From positions 224,001 to 288,000 of the IMG/VR virus record IMGVR_UViG_3300027804_002812: DNA of 64,000 nucleotides. The stretch is one strand, 5' to 3'. The translations under genes were made by a program, and so were the position numbers. Shown in pieces: positions 25,416 through 34,973 of this stretch; positions within the stretch are counted from its first letter, which is position 1, and the number at the start of each line of letters is the position of its first letter. The notes under the pieces are model-generated. The model saw only the letters and a program-made list of their open reading frames with translations, ran no database searches and was not told the origin of the DNA. This DNA comes from a virus (taxonomy: Duplodnaviria; Caudoviricetes).

Positions 25416-25705
25416 TCTTATTTTTTGTTATATTTCTTAATATGACAACAATCGAAAAACATATCGTGAAATATATTGATGATAAATTTGGTTTCCCTTA
25501 TCTACATTATAGCCGAGAGGAACAAACTTGGGTAAATGAATTTTTTTTATTCGACATCAAAACAAAGACAATGTATATTTCAGATTTGGTTAAGTTTGAT
25601 TTGAATAAAAAATATGGTAAAGGTTATATTGATAATGTACTTTTGACTGTGGTTAATTATTGGTTCAAAAAAACATATAAACTTGAAGTAAAGGAAGTTG
25701 AATAA
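25379..25705 (+). CDS. Hypothetical family A-like protein
   Basis: MYISDLVK.DL...YG....NYWFKKTYKLEVKEV; start probably 25442. Confidence 0.65.
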   Translation: MYDNKEIGIVFPILFFVIFLNMTTIEKHIVKYIDDKFGFPYLHYSREEQTWVNEFFLFDIKTKTMYISDLVKFDLNKKYGKGYIDNVLLTVVNYWFKKTYKLEVKEVE

Positions 25706-25717
25706 CTATTTACTGAT

Positions 25718-26371
25718 ATGAGTTACTTAGTTGCAAACATCCCGCCCGTAGAGGTTTTTATAGATAAAAAGTTTTTATACGATTTTCAAAAAGATGAATC
25801 AGGAAATTACTTAGGTGATGGAGAGTGGGAAAAAGGACATTGGGTCAGCGTAAAATCTATTCCAAATCGAGCCTTGTTATTCGAAACTTATGTTGATAAG
25901 TTTGGTGCGGTTTACGACAAATTACCAATTCACGCATTTCGTTGGAAGGAACCACAACCAACAGATAAAGTGTTTCCATTGGACTTCTTGCAACTTTGGG
26001 ATTGCCTGTCATACAACATATCTGTAATTGAGAAACGTGTCCTGAGAGGTGTTAAAACCTATACTACGATGAAGGACCAAAGTATTGTTGAAGGTGAATA
26101 TTTGTTCACAATAGATACGACTCACTCGGATCCAAATGAAATAGATTGTGGATGGAGCGAAACTCCTAATGAACACAAATGTTACAATATATCTAAATTA
26201 GAAAATGGACAGATATGTGCTCAACCTAATAACCGAACAAGATGGTATCAACCGAGCAGAACTTCGGACATAACACAAATTCCTTATTTCAGATATTCAA
26301 CAAAAATTTGGAAATCAGAGGACTATAGTAAATGGCGTCCTTCAGATGAAAATTGGGACTACACTCCTTAA
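25718..26371 (+). CDS. Conserved T4-like/jumbo-phage hypothetical protein
   Basis: MSYLVANIPP...LQLWDCLSY...YLFTID...HKCYN..KLENGQICAQPNNR. Confidence 0.7.
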   Translation: MSYLVANIPPVEVFIDKKFLYDFQKDESGNYLGDGEWEKGHWVSVKSIPNRALLFETYVDKFGAVYDKLPIHAFRWKEPQPTDKVFPLDFLQLWDCLSYNISVIEKRVLRGVKTYTTMKDQSIVEGEYLFTIDTTHSDPNEIDCGWSETPNEHKCYNISKLENGQICAQPNNRTRWYQPSRTSDITQIPYFRYSTKIWKSEDYSKWRPSDENWDYTP

Positions 26372-26374
26372 TGA

Positions 26375-27193
26375 CTATTGTAGTTCACCAATCAAAACCA
26401 TAGGAGTCATTCCTAATGCCGCCGCAGTTGAAAGTCTTGTATTACCAGCAACCAAGTAATATCTATCACCAAACTTAAGTATCATCGGTCTATGGTAATC
26501 TCCTCCTAATAGTGCTTTAGCTAATTTTGTTGGATTGGTTTTGTTGAATTCTTTGGCGATTTTCCTTACCTTGTCCATTTCACCCACCTTGATTTGGTTG
26601 GAATGTGTGTTTTCTAATTTTCTCCACACTTCAAAAGGAATTTCAATTTCAACACCGTTTCTGAATGCTCTCACAACATCTTTAACTGATGTATCGACTC
26701 CATAGTTTCTCGATAAATCCTCCACCGTTCTTTCGATTTCTTCTATTTCATCATCGATGGGGTCTTTTTTTCTCCGAAGAGAAACGACTTTTTTATCTTC
26801 ATAAAGCCTCTCTTTGAATTCAGGATTTTGTTTGTCGAACTTCTTAATAAAAATACCTGAGAGAACGTTACTCATGTTCTCCTCAGGTCCTCCGATGTCT
26901 TGTATTTTTTCTTTTTCGTCAACACCCATTTCTTGAGTCTGATACTCATGAACCCATTCATGTGATAAAGTTCTTAAGATGTCAATTAACATTCTACCTT
27001 TAGATAAAATGACAATCTTACTATTTGGCATTCTCACACCTGTAGTGACAGTTTGATTTCGATCATCTACAAATTTTACCTCTACATCTGAAGACAACGG
27101 AAGCTGGCTTTGTAAAAATTTGATAAAGGAGGAAATAACCTCCATTTGTTCCTTACTAACTCCTGATTTTGCGACTTTGATACAAACTTTCAT
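26375..27193 (-). CDS. Zincin (HExxH) metallopeptidase-like domain + ParB-like domain
   Basis: ILRTLSHEWVHEYQ; RPMIL...YYLVAGNTRL. Confidence 0.65.
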   Translation of the reverse strand: MKVCIKVAKSGVSKEQMEVISSFIKFLQSQLPLSSDVEVKFVDDRNQTVTTGVRMPNSKIVILSKGRMLIDILRTLSHEWVHEYQTQEMGVDEKEKIQDIGGPEENMSNVLSGIFIKKFDKQNPEFKERLYEDKKVVSLRRKKDPIDDEIEEIERTVEDLSRNYGVDTSVKDVVRAFRNGVEIEIPFEVWRKLENTHSNQIKVGEMDKVRKIAKEFNKTNPTKLAKALLGGDYHRPMILKFGDRYYLVAGNTRLSTAAALGMTPMVLIGELQ

Positions 27194-27223
27194 CAGGTAT
27201 AAATATTATGAAATATTGTTATT

Positions 27224-27361
27224 TTATTTGACGGTTACTTTTCGTTTTTTACTTTCAATCCTTTTACACTCTTTTGAAATAACTTTGACCAACTCTCCCA
27301 TTGGATTATTTGCTAAAAAAAACCTCATTCTTGTGTCTGATTCTAATGTTCTTAAGTTCAT
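27224..27361 (-). CDS. Small basic hypothetical protein
   Basis: Hand-translated 45 aa starting MNLRTLESDTRMRFFLANNPMGELVK. Confidence 0.4.
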   Translation of the reverse strand: MNLRTLESDTRMRFFLANNPMGELVKVISKECKRIESKKRKVTVK

Positions 27362-27411
27362 ATTTTTGTTATTATTTACTAATTTAATAAATAGTCGCAT
27401 TTCACCAAATA

Positions 27412-27663
27412 TTATTTGGTGTGATGTGATTTGTCAATCGTCTTAATACACTTTTTCATCGCCTCGAACTGACCCCAAGTCAACATGAATCGAGTTGGTC
27501 CACTCAAATCTTCAATGTGAATATCATATCCTTCTCCGTTGGTCCATTCAGTGACTTCCAAAAAGTCACCTTTACCTTTCCTGTCTCCCAAAGACCCAAC
27601 ACAGTAATCTTCTAAATGAACAAATGCGGATTTTCGCATTTCGATTTTTATTTCTTTTTTCAT
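27412..27663 (-). CDS. Hypothetical protein
   Basis: 83 aa; FLEVTEWTNGEGYDI motif. Confidence 0.7.
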   Translation of the reverse strand: MKKEIKIEMRKSAFVHLEDYCVGSLGDRKGKGDFLEVTEWTNGEGYDIHIEDLSGPTRFMLTWGQFEAMKKCIKTIDKSHHTK

Positions 27664-27667
27664 AATA

Positions 27668-28030
27668 TTATATTTGGTCTACATCATATGCTTTAGGTGA
27701 GGGTAAACCACTGTACTCACAGTAAAGTTCTTCACGTTGTTTTTCGAGTTCGTCTTTAATTTCTTCAGGAAAATACATTCCATCGGACTCCATATCAGAA
27801 ATGGTCCTGTCGATAGTTTTTAATAAATTCTTTTTTTCTTTTACGGACAATTTATCATCGTTGAATAAATTTTCCAAGAGATTATAAAGTGCGTCTCTAC
27901 CGAATACAGGTTTTTTATACTGATACGGTTCCTTCTCCATTTTGGAGATTTCTTTAATAGATGCGATGATGAAAACCAAAAATGCTATCATCACAAATAT
28001 TGACAAAATTAAAATCCCTATGTTATCCAT
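27668..28030 (-). CDS. Membrane-anchored hypothetical protein
   Basis: N-terminal TM; C-terminal CEYSGLPSPKAY. Confidence 0.7.
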   Translation of the reverse strand: MDNIGILILSIFVMIAFLVFIIASIKEISKMEKEPYQYKKPVFGRDALYNLLENLFNDDKLSVKEKKNLLKTIDRTISDMESDGMYFPEEIKDELEKQREELYCEYSGLPSPKAYDVDQI

Positions 28031-28202
28031 TTCTTTTTTTCAAGTTAAAAATCATTACGAATCCTAAAATGGTAGGACACCATAGCCCGATAAAGATGGC
28101 TTTGAGGGGTTCATTCAAGAACACAAAGTAGTATTCCGATATCATGATGAGAATTAACACCAATACCAATAGTGCCAACTCTGATTTTTTGAATTTGTTC
28201 AT
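28023..28202 (-). CDS. Small two-TM membrane protein
   Basis: Hand-translated 59 aa: MNKFKKSELALLVLVLILIMISEYYFVF...AIFIGLWCPTILGF. Confidence 0.6.
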   Translation of the reverse strand: MNKFKKSELALLVLVLILIMISEYYFVFLNEPLKAIFIGLWCPTILGFVMIFNLKKRNG

Positions 28203-28282
28203 ATCTTTTTTTTAGTGAGTTTCAACCCCTAAAAGTAAAGAAAAAAATCTATTAAAAAAAATAAGTGGTTAAAATTAACCAC

Positions 28283-28681
28283 TTATTTTTTCTGCCAACT
28301 TCCTTCTGAAATGATTGTTGGTTTATCGTTCCTATCAATCATAATCCATTCAGATTTCACAAGTCCGAATGGTTCGAAACAATCCATGACTTGTTCCAAT
28401 GTAAAACACTTACAACTGTAAATGTCAAACTGTATCATGGGTAACTCCAAATTGTCCCAAATGTGAATGGAAGCATGAGAAGTCGCCAACGTCACGGTTC
28501 CCGTTAATCCTTCATTACCTGGATCTGAAACATATACACTTGTAGGTCCTGCCACAACTTTCATCCCCACCGTTTCAACCAAGTTTATAAACCATTTGTT
28601 TAATTCCTCCTCCTGTTTTGGAGGATTAGTTGCCCAACATTTAACAAGTAAGTGTTGGTGATAAGGATTGAATTTCTTCAT
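28283..28681 (-). CDS. speD: S-adenosylmethionine decarboxylase proenzyme (class 1b) homolog
   Basis: HQHLLV, G.TGTVTLATSHASIHIW, QFDIYSC. Confidence 0.85.
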   Translation of the reverse strand: MKKFNPYHQHLLVKCWATNPPKQEEELNKWFINLVETVGMKVVAGPTSVYVSDPGNEGLTGTVTLATSHASIHIWDNLELPMIQFDIYSCKCFTLEQVMDCFEPFGLVKSEWIMIDRNDKPTIISEGSWQKK

Positions 28682-28729
28682 CTATAATATATGTATTTTT
28701 TTACATATATATCAGGAATTCAAGAAAAA

Positions 28730-29818
28730 TTAAAATTTGAATCCTGTAACTCTTTCATATAGTTTTTCACCATTGGAGAGTGTATCAATTCCAAAACTTG
28801 GATATACGGATTTATAATAGTTATGTATCTTTCTAATCCATTCCTCACCATAGTTTTTGTGAATATAACCTATACAAATACATTGTAATATTTCGTCCCA
28901 CTTTCTGTATGTTAGATGTTGAACCCCAAAGAAATCAAAGTCAAACAGTTTAACCAAATCCTGCTCTGTATTAACTATAATTTCCCTTTCATTTCGATTA
29001 TCATGAGAAGATGACATCAAACTATGATACTGCCCATAACCTTTGGGTGTTGTAACAATGAACTTGAAAGGGAATTGGTAATTACTATTTGTAATCCCCA
29101 TATACTCCTGTTCGAGCATCAGGAATTCTTTATGTGATAAGAATGTACTTTTATTTTTAACTTGTTCTCTATACCTTTCATTAATTTCCATCAGATTCAA
29201 ATGAATCATCAATTGCTCAATATAACATTCACCACCCGCTCCATCAATAAATTTTCTATTTCTGTTGTAATGGTCAATTGATTTTTTTGCAGCCAAGTTC
29301 ATGGACTCATAATCTTTGGCATAAATAACAGACATATTAGGAATTTCTGAAACTCTGAAATTATCTTTTATAAAATCGCTATGTTGTTCCTGTAATACAT
29401 AAAAAGGGCCAGCATAAGTTTTAACAAGATTAGGAAAATCGTTTTCATTCAAACCTTCAGGCCCTACGTCACTTGGACTTGAAAATATAAATTCTCTCCC
29501 CGAATCTTGGAAGTGGAAATTTTTATATAGAATTGTATCGGTATCAATATGTAAAAACTCTTCTTTTATATTTTCAAATACCTTCAGTTTGTAATAACTA
29601 TACATCTTACTTTTCTCCTTATTTAATAAAGAGGTATTAATATAGTCATAAGGCAATCCAATATCCTTTAATTGTTTTTTTGTTGGAGTGTTTGTATAAA
29701 TTGAAATGTTCCCGTAGTTCTTCTTTGCCTCAAGAACACTCAATAGTTGTGGATACATTTCTTCTTTCCAAATAATTGCGGATTCTCTTGGTATGTACGT
29801 ATGATAGACGTTCAACAT
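28730..29818 (-). CDS. GT-A fold glycosyltransferase-like protein (DUF6734-like)
   Basis: LSVL.AKKNYGNISIYT, YYKLKVF, FLHIDTDTILY, PNMSVI, YIEQL. Confidence 0.6.
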   Translation of the reverse strand: MLNVYHTYIPRESAIIWKEEMYPQLLSVLEAKKNYGNISIYTNTPTKKQLKDIGLPYDYINTSLLNKEKSKMYSYYKLKVFENIKEEFLHIDTDTILYKNFHFQDSGREFIFSSPSDVGPEGLNENDFPNLVKTYAGPFYVLQEQHSDFIKDNFRVSEIPNMSVIYAKDYESMNLAAKKSIDHYNRNRKFIDGAGGECYIEQLMIHLNLMEINERYREQVKNKSTFLSHKEFLMLEQEYMGITNSNYQFPFKFIVTTPKGYGQYHSLMSSSHDNRNEREIIVNTEQDLVKLFDFDFFGVQHLTYRKWDEILQCICIGYIHKNYGEEWIRKIHNYYKSVYPSFGIDTLSNGEKLYERVTGFKF

Positions 29819-29829
29819 TCTAATAATGA

Positions 29830-30144
29830 TTAATCACAATTATCAGGGTGAGGACAAGCTTGGCCAGCGCCTTCAATGTATCCATATCTTTGATGGATAT
29901 TTGTGGTTTTGAGGTATGGAGTTACCTTTCCACACACAACACAAGTATCGTAGTCATCAGGACGATGTATTGCGGTCACCAGTCCATCTTCATTAATAGT
30001 TAAACCAACATGTTCATCATCAATTCGAGGTCCTTCTAAGTCCCTCTTTGCTTGCCAAAATCTATCATGGACTTTTTTACCCATATCATAATAGTTTGAT
30101 GTTGATAAAATCTCTTCTTCAGTGAAAGTAATTTTGATTGACAT
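29830..30144 (-). CDS. Hypothetical protein with C-terminal Cys cluster
   Basis: CVVCGKVT....R..YIEGAGQAC. Confidence 0.7.
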   Translation of the reverse strand: MSIKITFTEEEILSTSNYYDMGKKVHDRFWQAKRDLEGPRIDDEHVGLTINEDGLVTAIHRPDDYDTCVVCGKVTPYLKTTNIHQRYGYIEGAGQACPHPDNCD

Positions 30145-30198
30145 AATATGTTTTTTATATTCAAAACATAATTAGGTAAAAAGAAAAAATAAATGTAT

Positions 30199-30256
30199 TT
30201 ATCAATATGATTAACATAAAAACATTATCAATATGATTAACATAAAAACATTATCA
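30199..30256 (+). repeat. 26-bp tandem duplication over a start codon
   Basis: TTATCAATATGATTAACATAAAAACA at 30199-30224 and 30225-30250, plus TTATCA. Confidence 0.9.
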
Positions 30257-30598
30257 GAAAAGTTAAAATATTTAATCGGAGAAGAATCTAATAGACAATT
30301 TGAAATATTTGATTTGGATGTGGATTTTTATGACGGAAATAGTGGTTATCAATTATTCATTAAGTTTGATTACTTTGGGGGATTCGATTCTCAGATGCCC
30401 GGCTTTACAACGGATATATCTAAAATGATAGAAAAAATAGAAAAAATTGTATCCAAAGTTACAATCACACCTGAAAGAAAATTATCTTTGTCTCAGGAAG
30501 TTAATGTCGAATCTTTTATCGATCAAATTGATTATAAGATTGAAGATAGACATATTTTTACTATTTCTTTTTTAGTTCACTACCCTGACAAAAATTAA
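30233..30598 (+). CDS. Hypothetical protein
   Basis: 121-aa ORF. Confidence 0.75.
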   Translation: MINIKTLSEKLKYLIGEESNRQFEIFDLDVDFYDGNSGYQLFIKFDYFGGFDSQMPGFTTDISKMIEKIEKIVSKVTITPERKLSLSQEVNVESFIDQIDYKIEDRHIFTISFLVHYPDKN

Positions 30599-30601
30599 AT
30601 T

Positions 30602-31426
30602 ATGGATGAGAAAATAAAAAAAACTGCCACCAAACTTCAAGGTTTAGTAAAACATTACGATAACCCTAGTGAAGTTTATTACGATGTTAGAAAGATTGCC
30701 GAAACACAAAGTGATTACTTCCAATACTTAGGTCCTGACAATATAATCAAATTAACATTATACATCTATTCACTCAAGAAAACTGGAGATTTGAAAATGG
30801 GTGAAAAAATGATTAACAATTTATCTTTTGTACAACTTTTAACAACTGACAACGAACCCACAATAAAAGAGTGCGAATCATGTGAAGGAAGTGGTACGGA
30901 AAGATGTGAAAGATGTAAAGGTTCTGGTATGATAGAATGTCCAACATGTGATGGTGATGGTGAAGTATCTTGTGAATGGTGCGACGACTATGAATATGAG
31001 GAATGTGAGGAATGTAATGGAAGTGAAACTATGAATTGTAATAGTTGTGAAGGTAGCGGCGACGTATATTGTCCTTCATGTAATAGGGATGGTGAAACAG
31101 TTTGTGAAACATGTGGAGGTGAAGGTGAAGTCACAAGTGAAGACGAAGTATCCTATGAGACTTATTTTATTGCAACTTGGAACAAACAGATTCAAGATCT
31201 TTGTGAATTACGTGTTGAGACATTAGAACCAATTATGTCTTTGACGCAGTTTCTCAAGTTAAACGACGATTATTTGGAGTTGATTAGGTGGAACGGATCG
31301 TCTAATCTCAATGTAGATAAAGACCAAATGTATTGTACTGATTACTCTAACGAGCCAGAAATCTACCTACAAAAAAATATGCTCATCAGACCAAGACACA
31401 TTCGAGATTCAGATTATTTGAAATAG
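30602..31426 (+). CDS. DnaJ-type zinc-finger repeat protein
   Basis: Eight CxxC units, most CxxCxGxG. Confidence 0.8.
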   Translation: MDEKIKKTATKLQGLVKHYDNPSEVYYDVRKIAETQSDYFQYLGPDNIIKLTLYIYSLKKTGDLKMGEKMINNLSFVQLLTTDNEPTIKECESCEGSGTERCERCKGSGMIECPTCDGDGEVSCEWCDDYEYEECEECNGSETMNCNSCEGSGDVYCPSCNRDGETVCETCGGEGEVTSEDEVSYETYFIATWNKQIQDLCELRVETLEPIMSLTQFLKLNDDYLELIRWNGSSNLNVDKDQMYCTDYSNEPEIYLQKNMLIRPRHIRDSDYLK

Positions 31427-31429
31427 AAA

Positions 31430-31449
31430 AAGGAGACCGAAGTCTCCTT
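31430..31449. terminator. Bidirectional terminator with UUCG loop on minus strand
   Basis: AAGGAGAC-CGAA-GTCTCCTT between convergent genes. Confidence 0.8.
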
Positions 31450-31491
31450 TATAGGGCTGTACAGGTTTTGTACAACTTCCACCACCAAGTT

Positions 31492-31791
31492 TTATCGGAC
31501 TTGGAAACCGTTGTTTCTGAAAATAGAGTTAGCCAATTCCTCCAATTTTTCAGCGTTCATATAACCAATCACATCTTCACCAATTTCAGGGAAGAAATAC
31601 ATAGTGACAAAATTTCTATCTTTAGTATCCAAGATTGCAACTTCAAAAGTTTCATCAAAATCACCATATAATCCTTTTGCCCCACCAACAATAGACAATT
31701 CATATTTACGGTTGAAGATGTTTGTCATTCTCCCACCTTTCCCGATTGGATGAGGTTTTGACCAATTTTTTATGTCTTTAATTCTAATCAT
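31492..31791 (-). CDS. Hypothetical protein
   Basis: 99 aa; SIVGG..GLYGD...TFEVAI motif. Confidence 0.75.
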   Translation of the reverse strand: MIRIKDIKNWSKPHPIGKGGRMTNIFNRKYELSIVGGAKGLYGDFDETFEVAILDTKDRNFVTMYFFPEIGEDVIGYMNAEKLEELANSIFRNNGFQVR

Positions 31792-32069
31792 TTTGATACC
31801 TCCGCTTCGATTTTAGATTTATTAATAAGATGTTCCGCTAATGTATAAGTATCCACATTTGTGGTTATGATGGATTCAACCAAATGTTTATAAGGAACGT
31901 GAACGAAGAAATCCACTCCATTAAAAAACGTCAAATCGTTTTTCAATTCAATACTTCCCTGAATCATCTTAAGAAAAAGCTTGAATTGAGTTCCATTTAC
32001 AAATGTCTCATTCAGAAGAGTTCCGAACTTTTCGTGTTGAATCTTGATGTTGTGGGATGTCATGTTCAT
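31788..32069 (-). CDS. Hypothetical protein
   Basis: Start revised to MNMTSHNI; TATATTTG at 32089-32096. Confidence 0.7.
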   Translation of the reverse strand: MNMTSHNIKIQHEKFGTLLNETFVNGTQFKLFLKMIQGSIELKNDLTFFNGVDFFVHVPYKHLVESIITTNVDTYTLAEHLINKSKIEAEVSK

Positions 32070-32124
32070 ATCTTCGTCGTTTGTTTTACAAATATAGTAA
32101 ACTCCTACTATAATAAAAAAAAAA

Positions 32125-32147
32125 TCCCCTACTTTTTTTGTAGGGGA
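32125..32147 (-). terminator. Intrinsic terminator
   Basis: TCCCCTAC/GTAGGGGA stem with A-run on left. Confidence 0.75.
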
Positions 32148-32199
32148 GGTGAGAAAAATAAGAGGGTTTACGACCCTCCACATTGATGACCAAACTTAT

Positions 32200-32547
32200 C
32201 TATTCGGTCTGATGCTGATAGTGTAATTTTCTGTGACAATTAGAACACAAAACAATACATTTTTCGATTTCATTTTGTATTTTTTGTTTTCCCCAACCTC
32301 TTCCAGCCGCTCTTGATACAATTATTTCTTTTTCATTTGGATTTTTATGATGAAAGTCCAAAGTCGCTGGATGATTTTCGCCACAAATCTCACAAAACAA
32401 ATTTTTTTTGAATTCCTTAAACTCCTCTCTTGCCTTGGATTTGCTTTCTCGAGATTTTGTTATATAGTATTCCTTATTATTTTGATAATGTTTTTTTTGG
32501 TACTCTCGGTTCTTTTCTCTTTGTTTTTCTTTGTCTTTGTATGGCAT
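32200..32547 (-). CDS. HNH endonuclease (free-standing homing-type)
   Basis: CEICGENHPATLDFHH...CIVLCSNCHRKLH; start revised to MPYKD. Confidence 0.85.
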   Translation of the reverse strand: MPYKDKEKQREKNREYQKKHYQNNKEYYITKSRESKSKAREEFKEFKKNLFCEICGENHPATLDFHHKNPNEKEIIVSRAAGRGWGKQKIQNEIEKCIVLCSNCHRKLHYQHQTE

Positions 32548-32638
32548 ACCTTTTTTAATATAAATACATGAAAAAAGGTAAAAATTTCGAACTAAAAATA
32601 AAGTTATGAGACCCAAACTTAAATAGTCCAACAAAAAA

Positions 32639-32680
32639 GTCCCACAAACTCCTTCTCTCTCGAACTCTCATTTGTGGGAC
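32639..32680 (-). terminator. Terminator-like hairpin with large purine-rich loop
   Basis: GTCCCACAAA/TTTGTGGGAC 10-bp stem, 22-nt loop, U-tract on minus strand. Confidence 0.6.
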
Positions 32681-32797
32681 AAATGTTTCACAAACATAGT
32701 CAGAATATTTTATTATATCAAACTAAAATGAAACTTTTTGTGGGGGTGTTGAATCTCTCGATTCAGTTTTATAAATATAGGTAAGTTTGATAAAAAA

Positions 32798-33211
32798 TCA
32801 AACTACTTCGAAATATTTTTTTAATATTGTTTGTAAATTGGATTCCAATCCCAATTTTTTTGTTTCTTTGAAGGTAAAGTATCCACATTTGGTATGTTCA
32901 TGTCCGTCTACCGCTGAATCCAAGTCAGGTAATATTTCATCAGTAAGTTCAGATATGAACACATAGATAAAGTCCTTATCAGATTTCACACCATCTTCGA
33001 TTACAGGAATTGTTCCAATGAAATCAATATCGTTCTCTGATAATTCAAAATCAGTCTCTTCGTATAGTTCACGAACAGCGGCTTCCCGTGGAGTTTCCCC
33101 TCTTTCGATTTTACCTGTAGGAATGAACCATTGGTTAGGATGTGAATCCTCACCATTTCGTTTACACAGTAAACACTTATCCTTGTATTTTAATATTACA
33201 CCTGAGTACAT
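32798..33211 (-). CDS. NUDIX hydrolase
   Basis: GKIERGETPREAAVRELYEETDF Nudix box. Confidence 0.9.
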   Translation of the reverse strand: MYSGVILKYKDKCLLCKRNGEDSHPNQWFIPTGKIERGETPREAAVRELYEETDFELSENDIDFIGTIPVIEDGVKSDKDFIYVFISELTDEILPDLDSAVDGHEHTKCGYFTFKETKKLGLESNLQTILKKYFEVV

Positions 33212-33238
33212 TTCAACTTAAATTGTATTTATATAATT

Positions 33239-33586
33239 ATGGACGTATCAATAAATAATCACAGATTCGAAGTTACAACATTAATTGACCCAAAATCTCA
33301 AAGAATCGGAATGATGGGTAAAAGATTTTCACACATCAAACAAGGAATGTTGTTTTTAATGGGAGGAAAGGAACAATGTTTTTGGATGAAGAACTGTATT
33401 ATACCTTTAGACATTATTATAATAAAAAATAATGTGATTGTCAACATCCATCATGATTGTCCTCCATGTCTTCAAGATGATTGTCCTTCTTATTGTGGTA
33501 ATGGGAATATCGTATTAGAATTACGTGGAGGTGCTTGTCAAAAGTTAGATATCAAACCTGGAGATACGGTTAATTATTTGTTTTAG
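33239..33586 (+). CDS. DUF192 family protein
   Basis: GMMG....GMLF....FWMKNCIIPLDII...VLELRGG...IKPGD. Confidence 0.85.
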   Translation: MDVSINNHRFEVTTLIDPKSQRIGMMGKRFSHIKQGMLFLMGGKEQCFWMKNCIIPLDIIIIKNNVIVNIHHDCPPCLQDDCPSYCGNGNIVLELRGGACQKLDIKPGDTVNYLF

Positions 33587-34973
33587 ATTCCGATATTTTT
33601 TCCTTCAAAATTTTTTGGAATTGGTTTGCAATCATTTTTGTAAACTTAACCGTTGGACTATCTTCTGAATCATTATACTTGTATCCACCTTGAGGAGGTC
33701 TCGTACTTCTCCCAAGATAGTTTAACCCTGATATATTTGTGATACATTTGTGTCCACCTGAATTAGACTGTATTAAATCCCAAGCATTGACTCCGATTTT
33801 ATCCAAAATTCTCATCTCATCTTCGGTCAAACTCTTGAAAGGTTTTTCCATCATATCCCCAATTTTATCTAAAACTTTTTCGCCGTTGTCCATGAACATT
33901 ATTTTATCTCCATACAACGCCTTAAAATCTTTGAATGTGAATCCAATACTTTCAGGTCCAACACTTGTTTCACTAACCCACTTTATTGTTGATAATGGCA
34001 CAGTTTTTTGTCTTAATTGTTCTTCCCACTTGCCCAATACTTCCTGAGCAATCTCACCCAAATTTACACCTTTAAGTTCTCTATCTTTTTTGAACGGATT
34101 ACAAGATGCTTGGACAAGTCCCATCGGCCATGCCATAATTAAAAAATCTGCCTCAGGATTGTTCTTATAAGGAGTGTATCTATCATAAGAACCTGGCTTA
34201 AACATACTTCCACCACCATATTGGAAAATGATATTGTCCGTTACGGTTGGGAATGACTTCATTTGCTGAGTGTAGTCTTCAGCATTTTTCTGTAATTGTT
34301 CAGGTGTTGGAGATCCAACCGACTTCATCCAAGATTTGATATTATTCAAAATAGACATCAGAGATGGTTGTGAATCCATAACCAACATCTCTAAGAAACC
34401 AGGTTTGTTCTTGAATGCTAACAATAGTTTGTTAATTACTAATCCCAACAACATCTTATTTCCTTGAAGAGAAGTTTCTCTATCAAATCGGAATAGATAA
34501 TTTACAACGTCTTCGGGACTAAGATTTTGTCTTGCAAAATCTGCAGAGTCAACTGTATTAATTAACAATATGTCTGATGATGGAAAGAGGTCTTTTGGTG
34601 AAACAACCTGTGATATTGTTGCAACATTAGATCGAGATTGTCGGAATGATGTAGACTTTGTATCTTCAGCGCCAGCCTGTCTATCATGATGGTCTGTGTG
34701 AATAACGAACATTGGTTTTCCATGTGCAAAGTCAACAAGTACTGGCATGGTATCTCCCATTGCATCATTCTTTTTCACTGCGAATTCTTTGTCCCCGTAT
34801 TGAATTACGTGAGTATCAACAACATCAATACCATTATCCTCAAGGTACTTTTTCATTGCAATCGCAGTCGTTACCCCATCTAAGTCCTGATGGAAGTAGA
34901 TTTCTGCCTTGGGATATCGTTTACTTAATTCTTTAATATCCCGAATACCACCCTCTTTTAATATTTTTTTCAT
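33570..34973 (-). CDS. Leader-tagged DHH-family phosphoesterase-like protein
   Basis: MKKILKEGG start; YFHQDLDG, VDFAH, TDHH motifs. Confidence 0.7.
   Translation of the reverse strand: MKKILKEGGIRDIKELSKRYPKAEIYFHQDLDGVTTAIAMKKYLEDNGIDVVDTHVIQYGDKEFAVKKNDAMGDTMPVLVDFAHGKPMFVIHTDHHDRQAGAEDTKSTSFRQSRSNVATISQVVSPKDLFPSSDILLINTVDSADFARQNLSPEDVVNYLFRFDRETSLQGNKMLLGLVINKLLLAFKNKPGFLEMLVMDSQPSLMSILNNIKSWMKSVGSPTPEQLQKNAEDYTQQMKSFPTVTDNIIFQYGGGSMFKPGSYDRYTPYKNNPEADFLIMAWPMGLVQASCNPFKKDRELKGVNLGEIAQEVLGKWEEQLRQKTVPLSTIKWVSETSVGPESIGFTFKDFKALYGDKIMFMDNGEKVLDKIGDMMEKPFKSLTEDEMRILDKIGVNAWDLIQSNSGGHKCITNISGLNYLGRSTRPPQGGYKYNDSEDSPTVKFTKMIANQFQKILKEKISESKTNN

Noticed and set aside
32160-32800. Group I intron hosting the HNH gene
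   Set aside because: No interrupted host ORF and no P7 or catalytic-core motifs were recognised. The HNH gene has its own promoter motif and terminator.
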